Positions 39,851 to 52,478 of a DNA stretch of 64,000 nucleotides are shown here, piece after piece. The translations under genes were made by a program, and so were the position numbers. Each line of letters begins with the position of its first letter. Positions within the stretch are counted from its first letter, which is position 1. The DNA comes from Octopus sinensis. Taxonomy: Eukaryota. The notes below the pieces were generated by a model. The model had not been told where the DNA came from. It saw only the letters and a program-made list of their open reading frames with translations, and searched no databases. The stretch spans positions 33,108,001 through 33,172,000 of the forward strand of contig NC_043013.1 of NCBI RefSeq assembly GCF_006345805.1, written 5' to 3'.

Positions 39851-41188
39851 AAGGACATCACGAAAGGCCTATGTGGAGGTCTAACCTTCCGTGTTCTTTT
39901 ACTGGGCTTAGAAAAACAAAAGGACCGCTGCAACAAGTGTGTAAATCTGAGAGAGGAATATGTTGAATAGAATCATAATTAACTGATTCTCCTGTAATTT
40001 CTTGTATCTAAAGCCAGGAAAATTTCAGCACCCCATCGTATATCTCAGGAAGAATCAGCGTGTCAATGAATTACATTAAGGATAATCGAAGGGCGTCTTT
40101 ATATGGCTGTCTATTCTGTTTTGCTTGCAACGGATTCCGTGAAGCGAATCTGTTGCAAAATACATTTGCTCTAAATGCTGTCAGACCGTGGTGCAATTAA
40201 AAGGGTAGAAACAGCGTATAAGCGACTAACATGAGAAGATACAAGTCAGGCTCCATCTTTGCAATGGCGTAACTCAGAAACGGCCCAAACGTGCACCACA
40301 AATTTAAAGATAATAATTTGTATGACGAACTTAGAAAATAAATGAAAGTAAGTATGATTTCTATGTATCGTTTTCTTATTCTCGAATTTCAATTCCAAAC
40401 TTCTAATTTCGCCGAATATAGGGAACACAACATGAATATGATGTAAGACTTTTGAAAATCCATGTTAATACTTCAGCGTCTTGAATAACTTGTTATTCAT
40501 AATATTTCCCCATAAAAGTACCGTTATTCATACAAAGTAAAGAATTGTAATTTATTCAATATTTTGTCTTATGAAACAAGCTTTTAAGAAATTGCATTGT
40601 GAAGCAACCAGTGATTAGTTTCGTTGTTCACCATTATTCCATACATGAAAAAAGAATGAGAGTTAATGACTGAAGCAATTGTGTATCTGATGACTGTTAG
40701 CCATGTTATTTCATTTGAAGTGGTAATTTTCATTTTCTTTCTTGACTAATTGGTGCTTAAATTCCTAAAAGTCATTCCTATTTTTTATTCATGGAGATAT
40801 TACGGTTTATTTTACTCTATATTTATAGTATCTGTTTACGTTAGCAATTTAATTTGTATGAACCTAACTGTTTTTGTCAACTGTCCATCTACTGTATGTT
40901 TAATATTATCTTTACGTTTTCTATAATTTCATATATGAAAAAAGTGTCACTCTTTGTTGATATTTTGACGGCTTACTTTGTGCAAAATTTCATTGAAGCA
41001 ATAAAATATTTTATCGTGAGGAGTGTTACTTTTTTAATATTGCCAACATGCTAGACAATCTACAGACAATTAAAGGCGATTTGAAAACCTAAAATGGAAT
41101 GTTTATTATGTGTAGATAGATACATACGTACACACACACATACACATATACACATACATACACGCATACCTATATATATTTGTATGTG

Positions 41189-41607
41189 GCACTATACAAT
41201 ACCATTCGGAAGAAAGACTGTCCTGGAATAAATATAGAGGACCCCATTGTTATTGAATATATACGCAAACAACAACACAAGGAATGCTGCTGGAACATTC
41301 CCATCGAAATATTTATCAAGTCTCAACAGGCCGGATGTTGTTGTTTGGAGCAGACAAATAAAAGTATATACCGTCTAGCAGATTGGCAGTCTTGCTGATG
41401 TGAATATCGTCTTGAAAATCAAGAAGAAAAAGGACAATTACAATCCAATAATAATTGGTGCACTTAGTTTTGGGAGTAAATGCCGAAGTTATAATCTGGA
41501 AAAGCTAGAGTTTTCAGAAAAAGACATCCATCAACTAACTCGCACGTTACTTATACAATTTTTAAGTAGAACAGTGAAAATAGGAAAGACTTTATTCAAA
41601 CTTAAGG
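41189..41607 (+). pseudogene. Decayed RLE domain of a second non-LTR retrotransposon family (R4/NeSL-like)
   Basis: CCWNIPIEIFIKS (frameshift) NRPDVVVWSR..V*QIGSLADVNIVLKIKKKKDNY [deletion] PIIIGALS..NLEKLEFS..RTVKIGKTLF. Confidence 0.85.
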
Positions 41608-42073
41608 GTGATGCTGTTTTTGTTATCTATATTCCGACGATGGAACATTTTATCTTTGTTACTAACCTTCCTCGAAGGAAAAAATGTAAATAATTTAAAA
41701 CAGAAGAGAACACACTTACAGACTTAGAGAAAATGGAACATTTATGGAGCATTGGTAAGGTGTTTGCAAATCCAGGATTGAAGAAATACTTTTATCTTCA
41801 TACCTATTATTATTATTGGAGTTTCAGCATATATGGTCCAACTCTTCTGGAGCAACTTATAGCTGAACTTTCTTTCTTGGGGAGAGAACGCAAATTCTTA
41901 CTTCATACTCTACAGATGATGATGAAAGCTGGGACTAAAAATCTGCAAGACCCTTTTTTAAGATTTAAAGGATGATGAATAAAGGATGCTTTCCTTTCCA
42001 ACGTTGCTACCAAGTATGTGGTCGGTCAAAATTTACTCTAAACTGAAAAGAGAAAAAGGACTTACATGCTTAA

Positions 42074-42149
<76 letters not shown>

Positions 42150-42423
42150 GTATTCACGCACGCATACTGTGTATATACATACGCATACATCCATCCATAC
42201 ACACACACATGTATGTATGTATAGCGCTGTGTACGGCAATGAGGATTCAATTAACGATCGAATTACCTGTTCAGTGAATTAGCTTGTAAGCGGTTGAGAG
42301 TTCCACAGTTATGTATACTCGCTCTTAACCTAACTCTAAAGCCAAAGCAGAGTGTCAAAACGTGTGATAGAGCTGCAATATTTAATTTCAGATACATCAC
42401 ATCCTCCGATATTCTATTGAAGA

Positions 42424-42531
42424 TTATCTACCCAGAGCAACATGAAATGTCTTTTGCCCAATATTCCACGTGCAGGGACTGAACCCTGTGCATCGTGCCT
42501 CTGTAGCGAACTTCTTAACCATTCCGCCATT
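42424..42531 (-). mobile_element. Degenerate SINE head (family A-like)
   Basis: Minus strand ATGGCGGAATGGTTAAGAAG..GGGTTCAGTCCC..TTGGGCAAAAGACA. Confidence 0.7.
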
Positions 42532-44339
42532 TGGCGACTCTGCATAGACACAGACAGACACACACACACACACAAATATATATACATATATACATACATA
42601 CATACCTGTATACATGCGTGTTTGTTGGAGTGACGATGACTTAGTCATACTGGAAATGATAGATGAATACGCAGTAACTTTGTTTAAAGTGAGGAAAAAC
42701 TGCAACACCGCGCCACCTTCACTCCGTCTTCCTTGACTATCGTCCATCAAATGGCATGACTAGGTGAACATGATTGGGGTTGGAGACGACTGAAAGATGT
42801 CTTGTCTGCCTCAGCTTGCTCTCTCCACTCTAGAAGGCCGCCTTCCTCTGCATTGAACTATGAATTTTTCTTTTGCTGATTCTGCCAGACTCAGTCTTGA
42901 CGTACAAACGTATGCAGCCCGCAACTCACCAATTGGCTACCCTCTCCTGGTTTAGCCCTGAAGCCGAAGTGGTTTACACGAGTGCGATTTCCCTTGCATG
43001 TAAACAACTAGTTAAGAGTCATAGCTGAGATTTAGGTGCCAAGTAGAGACCAAAGAGAACGAACCAACCCTAAAAGTTCGACGTATTCCAATGTCAAAAG
43101 TGTTACACCTTCCTGACAAATTGTACATCCCGTATACTTACATTTCTTCAGCACCAGTTTCCGCTGGTCACACAAAATTTCACGTTTTAATTAAACGAGC
43201 TCAGTTTTTGCGCCTTTATGATGAATTATCATATAAGAACCAAATCACTGGAATTGATTCTCCAGTAGTGCTCACCGTCGTCAGGAACTGGATTGGATTA
43301 TGAGAAAACATCCGGATACGAAAAGCATTGTGATTATTTACACACGATATTCTGAGCTTTGCTTCATTCATTGGACATTGAGTAAACCAGAATTATTTTT
43401 ACACAATTGTATTTCACTCCCGTTTATATATAGTGTATAAATAAATATCTAAGTAGTCACAAAATATCTCGCCTCTTCACATCCAAAATTTATGTATTAT
43501 GAGATTCACACTGATAAGAGACGAGATCCTTTATCGACATTTGAATCAGAAAACGGTAAACATTTCACAAAGAATCCGCTTTCAGAGCTACAAGAACTAC
43601 GTCCTAGGTCAAACTCTCTGATATATTATTCAAACTACTGAAATATACCATACACACATACATAAACACACACACACACACATACAAACACACACACACA
43701 TGCGCACGTACATAAACAACCCATACATAAATATATATATGTATAAATATAAGTAACGCAGCATTTGCTTCACATTATCTACATATAATTTTCTATATCT
43801 AGATAAAATCGTTGATGTTGACTCTAAGTCTGGTGTATAACATGATTGATTTTCTGTTCAATTTATCACTGTATCTCATGATTTATATATATTTTTTATT
43901 TTTGGCATTTGTTTTTATTTCTTATTAAATGAATAATTGAAATAAAATAATGAAAACTCAATTTCATGCATTTCTCATGGCACCAATCAAATTATATTCG
44001 ACTATCATGGATAGAAGTGGATGTCCTGAAAGATCTATGTCTGTCCTTGTTTTTCTCACTCTGGCACTTCCTACCGACCTCCCGCCATCCAACTCCCTCT
44101 CTCCCTCCCTCCCTCCTTATTACACACTCACACATCTATCGAACACTGAAATACACACTCACGCGCACACACACATACACACAGACACGCACACACATAC
44201 TTAACACATATCATAGGAGTATTTATTTTTTCGTGCGCACATCTACAGATATCTGTGTAGGTAAGCACATATATACAATGTGTGTGGGTGTATATATATA
44301 TATATATATATGTATGTATATATATATATACACACACAA

Positions 44340-44374
<35 letters not shown>

Positions 44375-44503
44375 CACACTCACTCACGTATATATATATA
44401 TATATATATATACGTATATATATTGTGCCTATGCATATGTGCGTGAGTGTATGCGCGTATAAGCATAATGTATACACACATATGTATATATATATATATA
44501 TAT

Positions 44504-44562
<59 letters not shown>

Positions 44563-45707
44563 TGTGTGTCTCTGTATGTCTCCTGTCTGTGTCTATGCCT
44601 GTATCTCGGTATATCTATATATCTGTCTGTCTGTCTATCTGTCTGTCTGTCTCTAAGATTCTCGTATCTTTCTGCATTCCATCTTCCGTCTTTCATTTAC
44701 CATATATACATATGCCACCTCATGCACTTACACATATAAAAATTTGCATATATGTTTGTATGAATGTATAAAACGTAAATATGTATACGTGCAGAGTATT
44801 ATACGGGTCATATTAAATGCAATTATGTATAGTATACCAACGTAGAATAATATATACTTATATGGCACATACCGCCATAATTAATGAACATTTTGTTTTC
44901 CTACTATGAATATGCGAGCCCGTTATTTACAATTGATATTATTAATATTTTTTCAGTTACGCATTTAAGTTACACCAACACCTTTTGTTCAGAATTGCTG
45001 TGTATACGGTTTTCCTCATTTAATTTCTGTTTTAACTGTTTGGCTATTCTTCGCTGATGAAGTCCATCAAGAGCGAATCATGCCCACTCCTACTACTAAA
45101 GAGCAAATTCTCCCCTGGTGCATTCTTATATTAATGAATTCTAATTAATTAGAGTCTCGTTATTATCTCCCTTGCATTATTTATTAGATTCAGCCATTAT
45201 GATAATGATTATTCGAATCACGAAATGTATAATGTGAATTAATTTGATAGTTGCAGACGAACTAGGTTTTGTATGTTCGTTCCGACCTTTTTTTTATTCA
45301 TTTATATTATAGTTGATGTTCCTAGATATCTGCGTGTTTTATTGTATATATGCAGGTTAAAATGCGCTGACATGCATACGTCTGTGTTTATGTATATCTC
45401 TATATGTATGTATGTGTTTCTATGTGTATGTGTGATGTCTGTGTTTGTATATATCTGTATATATATATATATTATATATATATATTATATATATATATAT
45501 ATAATATATATATATGTATGTATATATATATTCACATGTATATGTATATATGTAAATATACACTAACATATATATAGGTATATACATATATATATATATA
45601 CATATATATATAAATATATATATATATGCATACATATATATGTATATATATAAATACATATATATATACATATATATATATATACACACATACATGTATA
45701 TATATAA

Positions 45708-45742
<35 letters not shown>

Positions 45743-45947
45743 CGTTGATATTGACATTAATGTAGTTGAGTCTGTCTCTATCTGTCTGTATGTCTGCCTC
45801 TCTCCTTATCTAACTATTTACACTCACTCACACACACACTCTCACATGCACAAACACACGCATGCAATCTAATGTTTCGTAGGTTCTTGCGAGAGGTCTA
45901 CGAGACTTTAAGCTGCATGGGACCGAATCAATGTCTTTTAAATGACA

Positions 45948-46792
45948 TGCGTGTTCTGATCAATAAGTATCCGGACTGTTGCCATAGTAACAATACGAAA
46001 GCAAGGAGAGCAAAGCCGCGTTGTACGAATTGACCTCTGATGTACATGTGCACTAATTTCTAACGCTCAAGCTCAATTCCGCTATTTACAGAAGAGCTCG
46101 AAAGGAAGGTGTGTATCGTGTGGAGCGTCCTATTGACCGTGACAGAGAAAGTTGTGCAGAGAATCTGCATCAAATGTTGCCCAAAGCTTAGCGATACCTG
46201 CTCAAAGGCGTTCTCGACACCATCAAGGACGCCTTGTGCAACTGAAACCCGAGCGTCTGTCTTTCAGGTCAGCTGAAAGCAATTTTCGCAGAAACTTGGC
46301 AGACGCGCGTCTCATACCCAAACCTTTATTTATAATGGACTGAACTAAACCGTAACTAATCTACTCATCATCTGATAACTCACGGATGGTGATTCGATGA
46401 TTTCCTCTCACAGATGCACGCACGTCTGCGATGTTTCCTCGGTAGCGGAACTATCAGTAAGTTTGTCAATAAGGACATTTTTTCGGCCATTTTGGAAACG
46501 TCTGAACCCACTCGTACACTTGTGTGTGGTTCATACATTTTCTATAACCTTGCGTAGGCCTCTGAGCAGCTATCATCATAAAAACTTTCTCTATCATGGT
46601 CAATGCGACGATCCTACGCTACATACTTTACGTCCAAGCACTGCTGGAAACAGTGGAAGTGAACTAGAGCGTTAAAACGTAGTACGCATGCACCATAGAG
46701 TTCCAGGTCAATCCTTATCGAACGGCTTCACTCTGCGTGCTTTAGCTTCGTTACTATGGCCACAGTCTGGGTATTTATTGACCAGGCCTCGA
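45948..46792. mobile_element. Mariner-derived element made of two convergent left ends
   Basis: Plus strand 45948-46209: TIR ..CTGATCAATAAGTATCCGGACTGTTGCCATAGTAAC and (M)TEKVVQRICIKC. Minus strand 46792-46209: the same TIR, ATG at 46597, TQVYEWFRRFQNGR..RITIRELS..ISYGLVQSII..LGMRRASAKF. Confidence 0.9.
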
Positions 46793-46883
46793 AGGTAACT
46801 CTACTAAATGAGTTGAGTGCATCAATCTTTCGTTTATCCACTCAATCATACATATGTATATATGTGTATATCTTAGATATCGT

Positions 46884-47206
46884 GAAGGCGCGTGGCTTAG
46901 TGGTTGGGGGCATTCGGCTCATGATCGTAAGGTCGTGAGTTCAATTCCCAGCGGCGCGTTGTGTCCTTGAGCAAGACACTTTATTTCACGTCGCTCCAGT
47001 CCATTCAGCTGGCAAAAAATGAGTAGTGCCTGTATTTCAAAGGGCTGATCTTGTCAGACACTGTGTCACGCTGAAACCTCCGAGAACTACGTTAAGGGTA
47101 CGCGTATCTGTGGATTGCTCAGTCACTTGCACGTTAATTTCCCGAGCAGGCTGCTCCGTTGATCGTATCAGGTGAGACCCACGTCGTTGCAACCGATGGA
47201 GTGCTC
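46884..47206 (+). mobile_element. Family B SINE (M1 + tail T2)
   Basis: GAAGGCGCGTGGCTTAGTGG, GAGTTCAATTCCC, GTCCTTGAGCAAGACACTTTATTTCACG, tail GAGAACTACGTTAAGGGTAC...ACCGATGGAGTGC. Confidence 0.93.
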
Positions 47207-47420
47207 CTCCATCTTCGATATCATTAAAAAGTACACATGTTCATTATGAACTTGCCGTTAAACATACCTAATGATATAGAATAACACAATTAACCTCTCA
47301 TTTGAATCTTGACTCGGCAAAATTTGCATGTTCGAGTCTGACTACCACTTCATTTACTAATTTTATGTTTATGAGCCATACAAAAATATTCATTGATTGC
47401 TTTTTTCCGCTTTTATTATC

Positions 47421-47773
47421 ATTACCTTTTCCTCAGCGAAGGCGGAAGTATTATTTGCGGTCGTGTTCATTTGTTTGTCTATGGACAATATATTTCAAGA
47501 ATCGCTTGATGGATTCGGATGAAACTTTCAGAGATGTTTAGCTCCATGACAGCACGAACTGATTAGATTTTGGGATCGATCCGGTACCGGACAAGGATTC
47601 TGGATTATTTTTCCTACTTTTTTTACTTAATTTTTGAGAGCGGTCGGGTTCATTTTTAGTATTCCCGTTTGAGCAGTCTAATTTATTTCGGGTAGTCTCA
47701 TTTTAAAAATTGAGTAATCATTGAAACGATGTTGGTGTTGCCTTAGCGGAGGTTTGCACTCTCTGGGTACTCT
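47421..47773 (+). mobile_element. HINE/DINE-1-like non-autonomous element
   Basis: 5' ATTACC..AGCGAAGGCGGAAG, short TTTGTTTGTCT tract, GGATTCGGATGAAACTTT, subterminal CCTTAGCGGAGGT and terminal stem-loop GCACTC-TCT-GGGTAC. Confidence 0.7.
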
Positions 47774-47884
47774 TTTTAACATTGTGTGTTTTCTTCCAGT
47801 TTCTTTAATATTAACAATATTTTGTTTTTACCCTGTTTCAGTCGTTGTCCACCTTCTGTAATTCATTCTTATTATTACATCATC

Positions 47885-48080
47885 TAGCTCGTAGAATCGG
47901 TAGCCTTAGAAACCTTTCATCACTCTTTACTTTCTGAGTTCAAATTCCGCCGAGGTCCACCTTACATTTCACACTTTCGGAGTCGATAGAATAAGTACCA
48001 GTTGAATACTGGGGTCGATTTGAATGACTTAAACCCTCCCTGAAATTACTAACCTTGTGCCCAAAATTTGAAATACTTAT
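47885..48080 (+). mobile_element. Family C SINE (tail beta), diverged
   Basis: TTCTGAGTTCAAATTCCGCCGAGG..TTTCGGAGTCGATAGAATAAGTACCAGTTG..CCTTGTGCCC. Confidence 0.85.
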
Positions 48081-48081
48081 T

Positions 48082-48305
48082 ACTCTTTTACTCTTTTACT
48101 TGTTTCAGTTATTTGACTGCTGCCATGCTGGAGCACCGCCTTTAATCGAGCAACTCGACCCCGGGACTTATTCTTTGTAAGCCCAGTACTTATTTTATCG
48201 GTCTCTTTTGCCGAACTGCTAAGTGACGGGGACGTAAACACACCAGCATCGGTTGTCAAGCAATGCTAGGGGGACAAACACAGACACACGAACACACACA
48301 CACAC

Positions 48306-48364
<59 letters not shown>

Positions 48365-48521
48365 TACGACAGGCTTCTTTCAGTTTCCGTCTACCAAATC
48401 CACTCACAGGGCATTGGTCGGCCCGAGGCTATAGCAGAAGACACTTGCCCAAGATGCCACGCAGTGGGACTGAACCCGGAACCATGTGGTTGGTTAGCAA
48501 GCTACTTACCACACGGCCATG
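48082..48521 (-). mobile_element. Full-length family A SINE with internal (TA)n(TG)n
   Basis: Near-identical to 8955-9365 outside the internal microsatellite. Confidence 0.95.
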
Positions 48522-49107
48522 TTTCACTGTATTTTATTGCACTTAGTATTCTTCATTTATTCTTCATTATTTCTTTTAATATCAGATAAACGTTCTGTTA
48601 AGAACTACCTTGCACTATTTCATCTTATAACTGTCAGCCTTAAATTCTAACTCTTCAAATGTTTCATGCTTAAATGGCGTTTGACTAAGAATTAATATTT
48701 CATTGCTTTTGAATTTTTCTATTCAACATAAGTAATACTAAGATTACATTACTATTAGATATGTACATATTGGGTTGCTTCGGTTCACGTTCATCTGAAA
48801 GTAATAGTATTTGACTCTATAACTGCATGTTATATATAAACGAAAAATAAATTTATTTCGCTCGGCTTACGTTCAAAAGGGTGACAATTATGGGAATGAG
48901 ATGGGATCAATTTTTCATTATATATAAATGTAGATAGAGTTACGGTATTTACAATGATATTGTGTTTAATAACGAATACTAAGTGAAGTATCGAGTAGAG
49001 GTAAGTGTGATATATATATATATATATATATATATTTGTAAGTATATATATGTATATATATATGCAAGTAAATATGTATATGTATATGTGTGCTTGTAAG
49101 TATGTAA

Positions 49108-49153
<46 letters not shown>

Positions 49154-49157
49154 GCAT

Positions 49158-49189
<32 letters not shown>

Positions 49190-49489
49190 TAACATTTATT
49201 GGCACCATTTATGCAGTAACTTTTCATGGTTTTATCGATGCACGTTCTCTTCACACATCTGCATTTCTTCTTATAACTCTATTCTACGTTTTCTTTTCTT
49301 GACGTTCGCGCTTCCTTCATGCTGCATGTTTTGTCAGCATTCTTCCCACATGCATGCCACATATATATACTTATGCATATACATGATAAGAATATAAGTA
49401 TACTTATAAATATACATATAAAACCAATACAAAACATGAATATTTAAAAAATTTTGTGTTCGCACATGTCTACATACATGCATACTTAC

Positions 49490-49522
<33 letters not shown>

Positions 49523-50512
49523 TGTATGTATGTATGTATGTATGTATGTATGTATGTATGTATATTTGTATGTATGTATGTATGTATGTATGTATGTATG
49601 TATTTATATAAGTACGTATCTATGCATGTATGTATGTTTGTATGTTTGTATGTATGTATATGATTTTGTCATAAAGCCACCCAAATTTAGAAACCTGAGA
49701 AAATTATTATCCTAGTATAAGATTATCATGAGATCTAAATATATTTAATGATACGAACAAGAAACCACGAGCCATTTATCAGTTTCGACCTGAAGAGAAT
49801 GAAGGGCCACATAACGTTTCGCATAATCCATTTGATAACTGCATCATGTCGGACCTAAATAAGAATAATGAGCCCATCACTTGTAGTGACATTGACAGTA
49901 GCAGTGACGCACATCATTGAGACATACATAAAATGAGCAGACAAAATGTCTAGTCTTGGATAATTTGTATAATAAGATCAAACATATAGCAAGGAAAAAA
50001 ATCTCTCAAAGTGAGTAGGGGTAAGTAGAATCGTAGAAATTTAATAACTTTTATATTGCTTTAAGTATTTTGTATTATTTCTTTGAGTTCTCTGGATATT
50101 TTGAGTTATTTCTCGTAATTTTGTATAAATTACGCAAATTACTCGAAACCAGAAATAATTTCTATTTTTCTATTACTGATTAGATCTAATGTGCGGCTGG
50201 TATCGAGGAGGTCAGTATCGTACTAATGAAGCCTATTGTAACAGAAATATGATTCCAATTGTCTCCCTTCACCCCCATAAAGATCGCCTAGTTCCTAGAG
50301 ATTATCTCTCGGGTTTTATTTCGAACCTACAGTACTTGCTGCCAGATACTGTCAAACTTGTCTTGAGAATAATTTCAATAAACCAAACAATTTTTCTTGT
50401 ATGATATTTAGTTAACATCTTTCATTTTTCCTATACATACATACACACCTACACTCACACACACATATTCTATATATGGTATATATGTGTATATATATAT
50501 ATATACATATAT

Positions 50513-50543
<31 letters not shown>

Positions 50544-50555
50544 AATATATGGATA

Positions 50556-50619
<64 letters not shown>

Positions 50620-50622
50620 TAT

Positions 50623-50684
<62 letters not shown>

Positions 50685-51209
50685 ATATATACTACATACA
50701 CACACATGTACATACAGATAGATTGAGAGATATATAGATACATACGTAAGTTTCATATGAAAGTTAATGAAACATATATACTCATAAAATATAAAGAATT
50801 ATTTTAAAATGATGTGACAGTTCTAGATAATAAGATTTGAAAGAAATATCAGCAATTAAGAAATAGAGGAATTATATAAATATTTATATATAGAAATAGT
50901 TTCGAAGAAAACAAGATAAAAAAATAAAAACTAATTCCACAAACGGAAAGCAAAGAAGCTTAAAGCAAGAAAGGCAATATTGTTGGAAGAAGCAATCGTC
51001 AGGGGTGCGAATTCTCATGGTGACACAAAAGTAATTCAAATTCATAAAATATTGCCACCTGAAATTTCCTTAGGAAGAAATAATTTTGAATATATAATGC
51101 AAATTAAATATCGAATAATAATCTGGAAAGTATATATCGTCTCCTGAATATATATATATAAATGTAAACATATATGTGTGTGTGTATGTGAGTATACACA
51201 CATACACAC

Positions 51210-51274
<65 letters not shown>

Positions 51275-52354
51275 CATGTATACAAAAACATATATATGCG
51301 TGTATATATACATGTACATATATATACAAACACAGATACACACACAAACATATATATATATAAACATGCATATGCACACATGTATGTATATATATATATA
51401 TATACATAATTACTTGTACATTGAAAGGGTGTGCTGCTGTGCACTGTCTCTGAATGCAAGTACCGGTATCCTGTTACTCGGTAAAATAGTTCTCTAGAAT
51501 ATTCGGTCCACCTCGATACCAGACCTGCCCGGGGACATCCACCTATGTAGGCAACAAAAATCCTGCACATCTGCAAGATCTTTATTTAGTCAACTTTTGT
51601 GATTCTTTCTGTGACTCTACTCTTTCTGCCGCAATTTTTCAAGATTCCAGAATATCAAGCGAACTCTGGTTTCAAAAGTTTCTCTAACAGCTACCTCCAA
51701 AACAATATTTATACATTTTATTTTCCAGTGCTTTAGGTTTGAAGAATTTGGAAGCATATCGTGTACGCTGTGATTCAGAAAGCAGATTTTTGCTGGCTTC
51801 CACGGCAAAAGTTCTTTTCATCTTAACTAACACCTAAACACAAACTTCTTCCAAGTGTTACGATGTTTCTGTTACATACATTGTACCAAATCTAAATAGC
51901 AACTTTTCACCTTTTCTTTCTTTACTCGTTGGCTACTGCGGTTCTGTTTTCTTATTTTCTGATAACCATAGTATAGTTTAAACACATTGTTTCCAGATCC
52001 TTCAGTATTTGTCTGTTTATGGGCCACTACAGCACCATATTCTAGGGACGTCAGAAAGTTCTCATTTGCTTCAGAAGCTATCCACTTTCCTCGAGTCCTT
52101 ATCTCTAGAGGGGAAGAAAAGATGCCGTTATTCTTCAAATGGTGCATCATCAGTACCGTCTGTTTCTTACCGCATTTGTACTGCTCCGTTATTAATATTT
52201 GTAATGAACATTGCTCTTGTACAAAACCATATATGCAAGAATCCGTGGGAATCCTAGCCACTTGCGGTTGTAAATGTTATATTTTTGTTCTATTGTTACT
52301 ACTTATACTTTCGGTCTATATGTGTTTGTGTTTATATTTGTTCTCTACAATTAC

Positions 52355-52478
52355 TTGACAACCGACGCTGGTTTGTTTACTACCCTACAAAATATATCAA
52401 GAAAATAAGTCCTGGGGATGATTTGTTAGGCTAAAACATTTCACTATGGACTCAGCCTATGACAGAAACAAATAAAAT
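52355..52478 (+). mobile_element. Degenerate family A SINE tail
   Basis: CTTGACAACCGACGCTGG..AATAAGTCCTGGGG..GACAGAAACAAATAAAA. Confidence 0.65.

Noticed and set aside
40125-40158. 13-bp hairpin TTGCAACGGATTC / GAATCTGTTGCAA
   Set aside because: A single short stem of this quality is plausible by chance in this much sequence; too short for a pre-miRNA.
50197-51525. Inverted 12-bp match CTGGTATCGAGG (both translate WYRG)
   Set aside because: Many 12-mer matches are expected by chance in 64 kb and the similarity does not extend.
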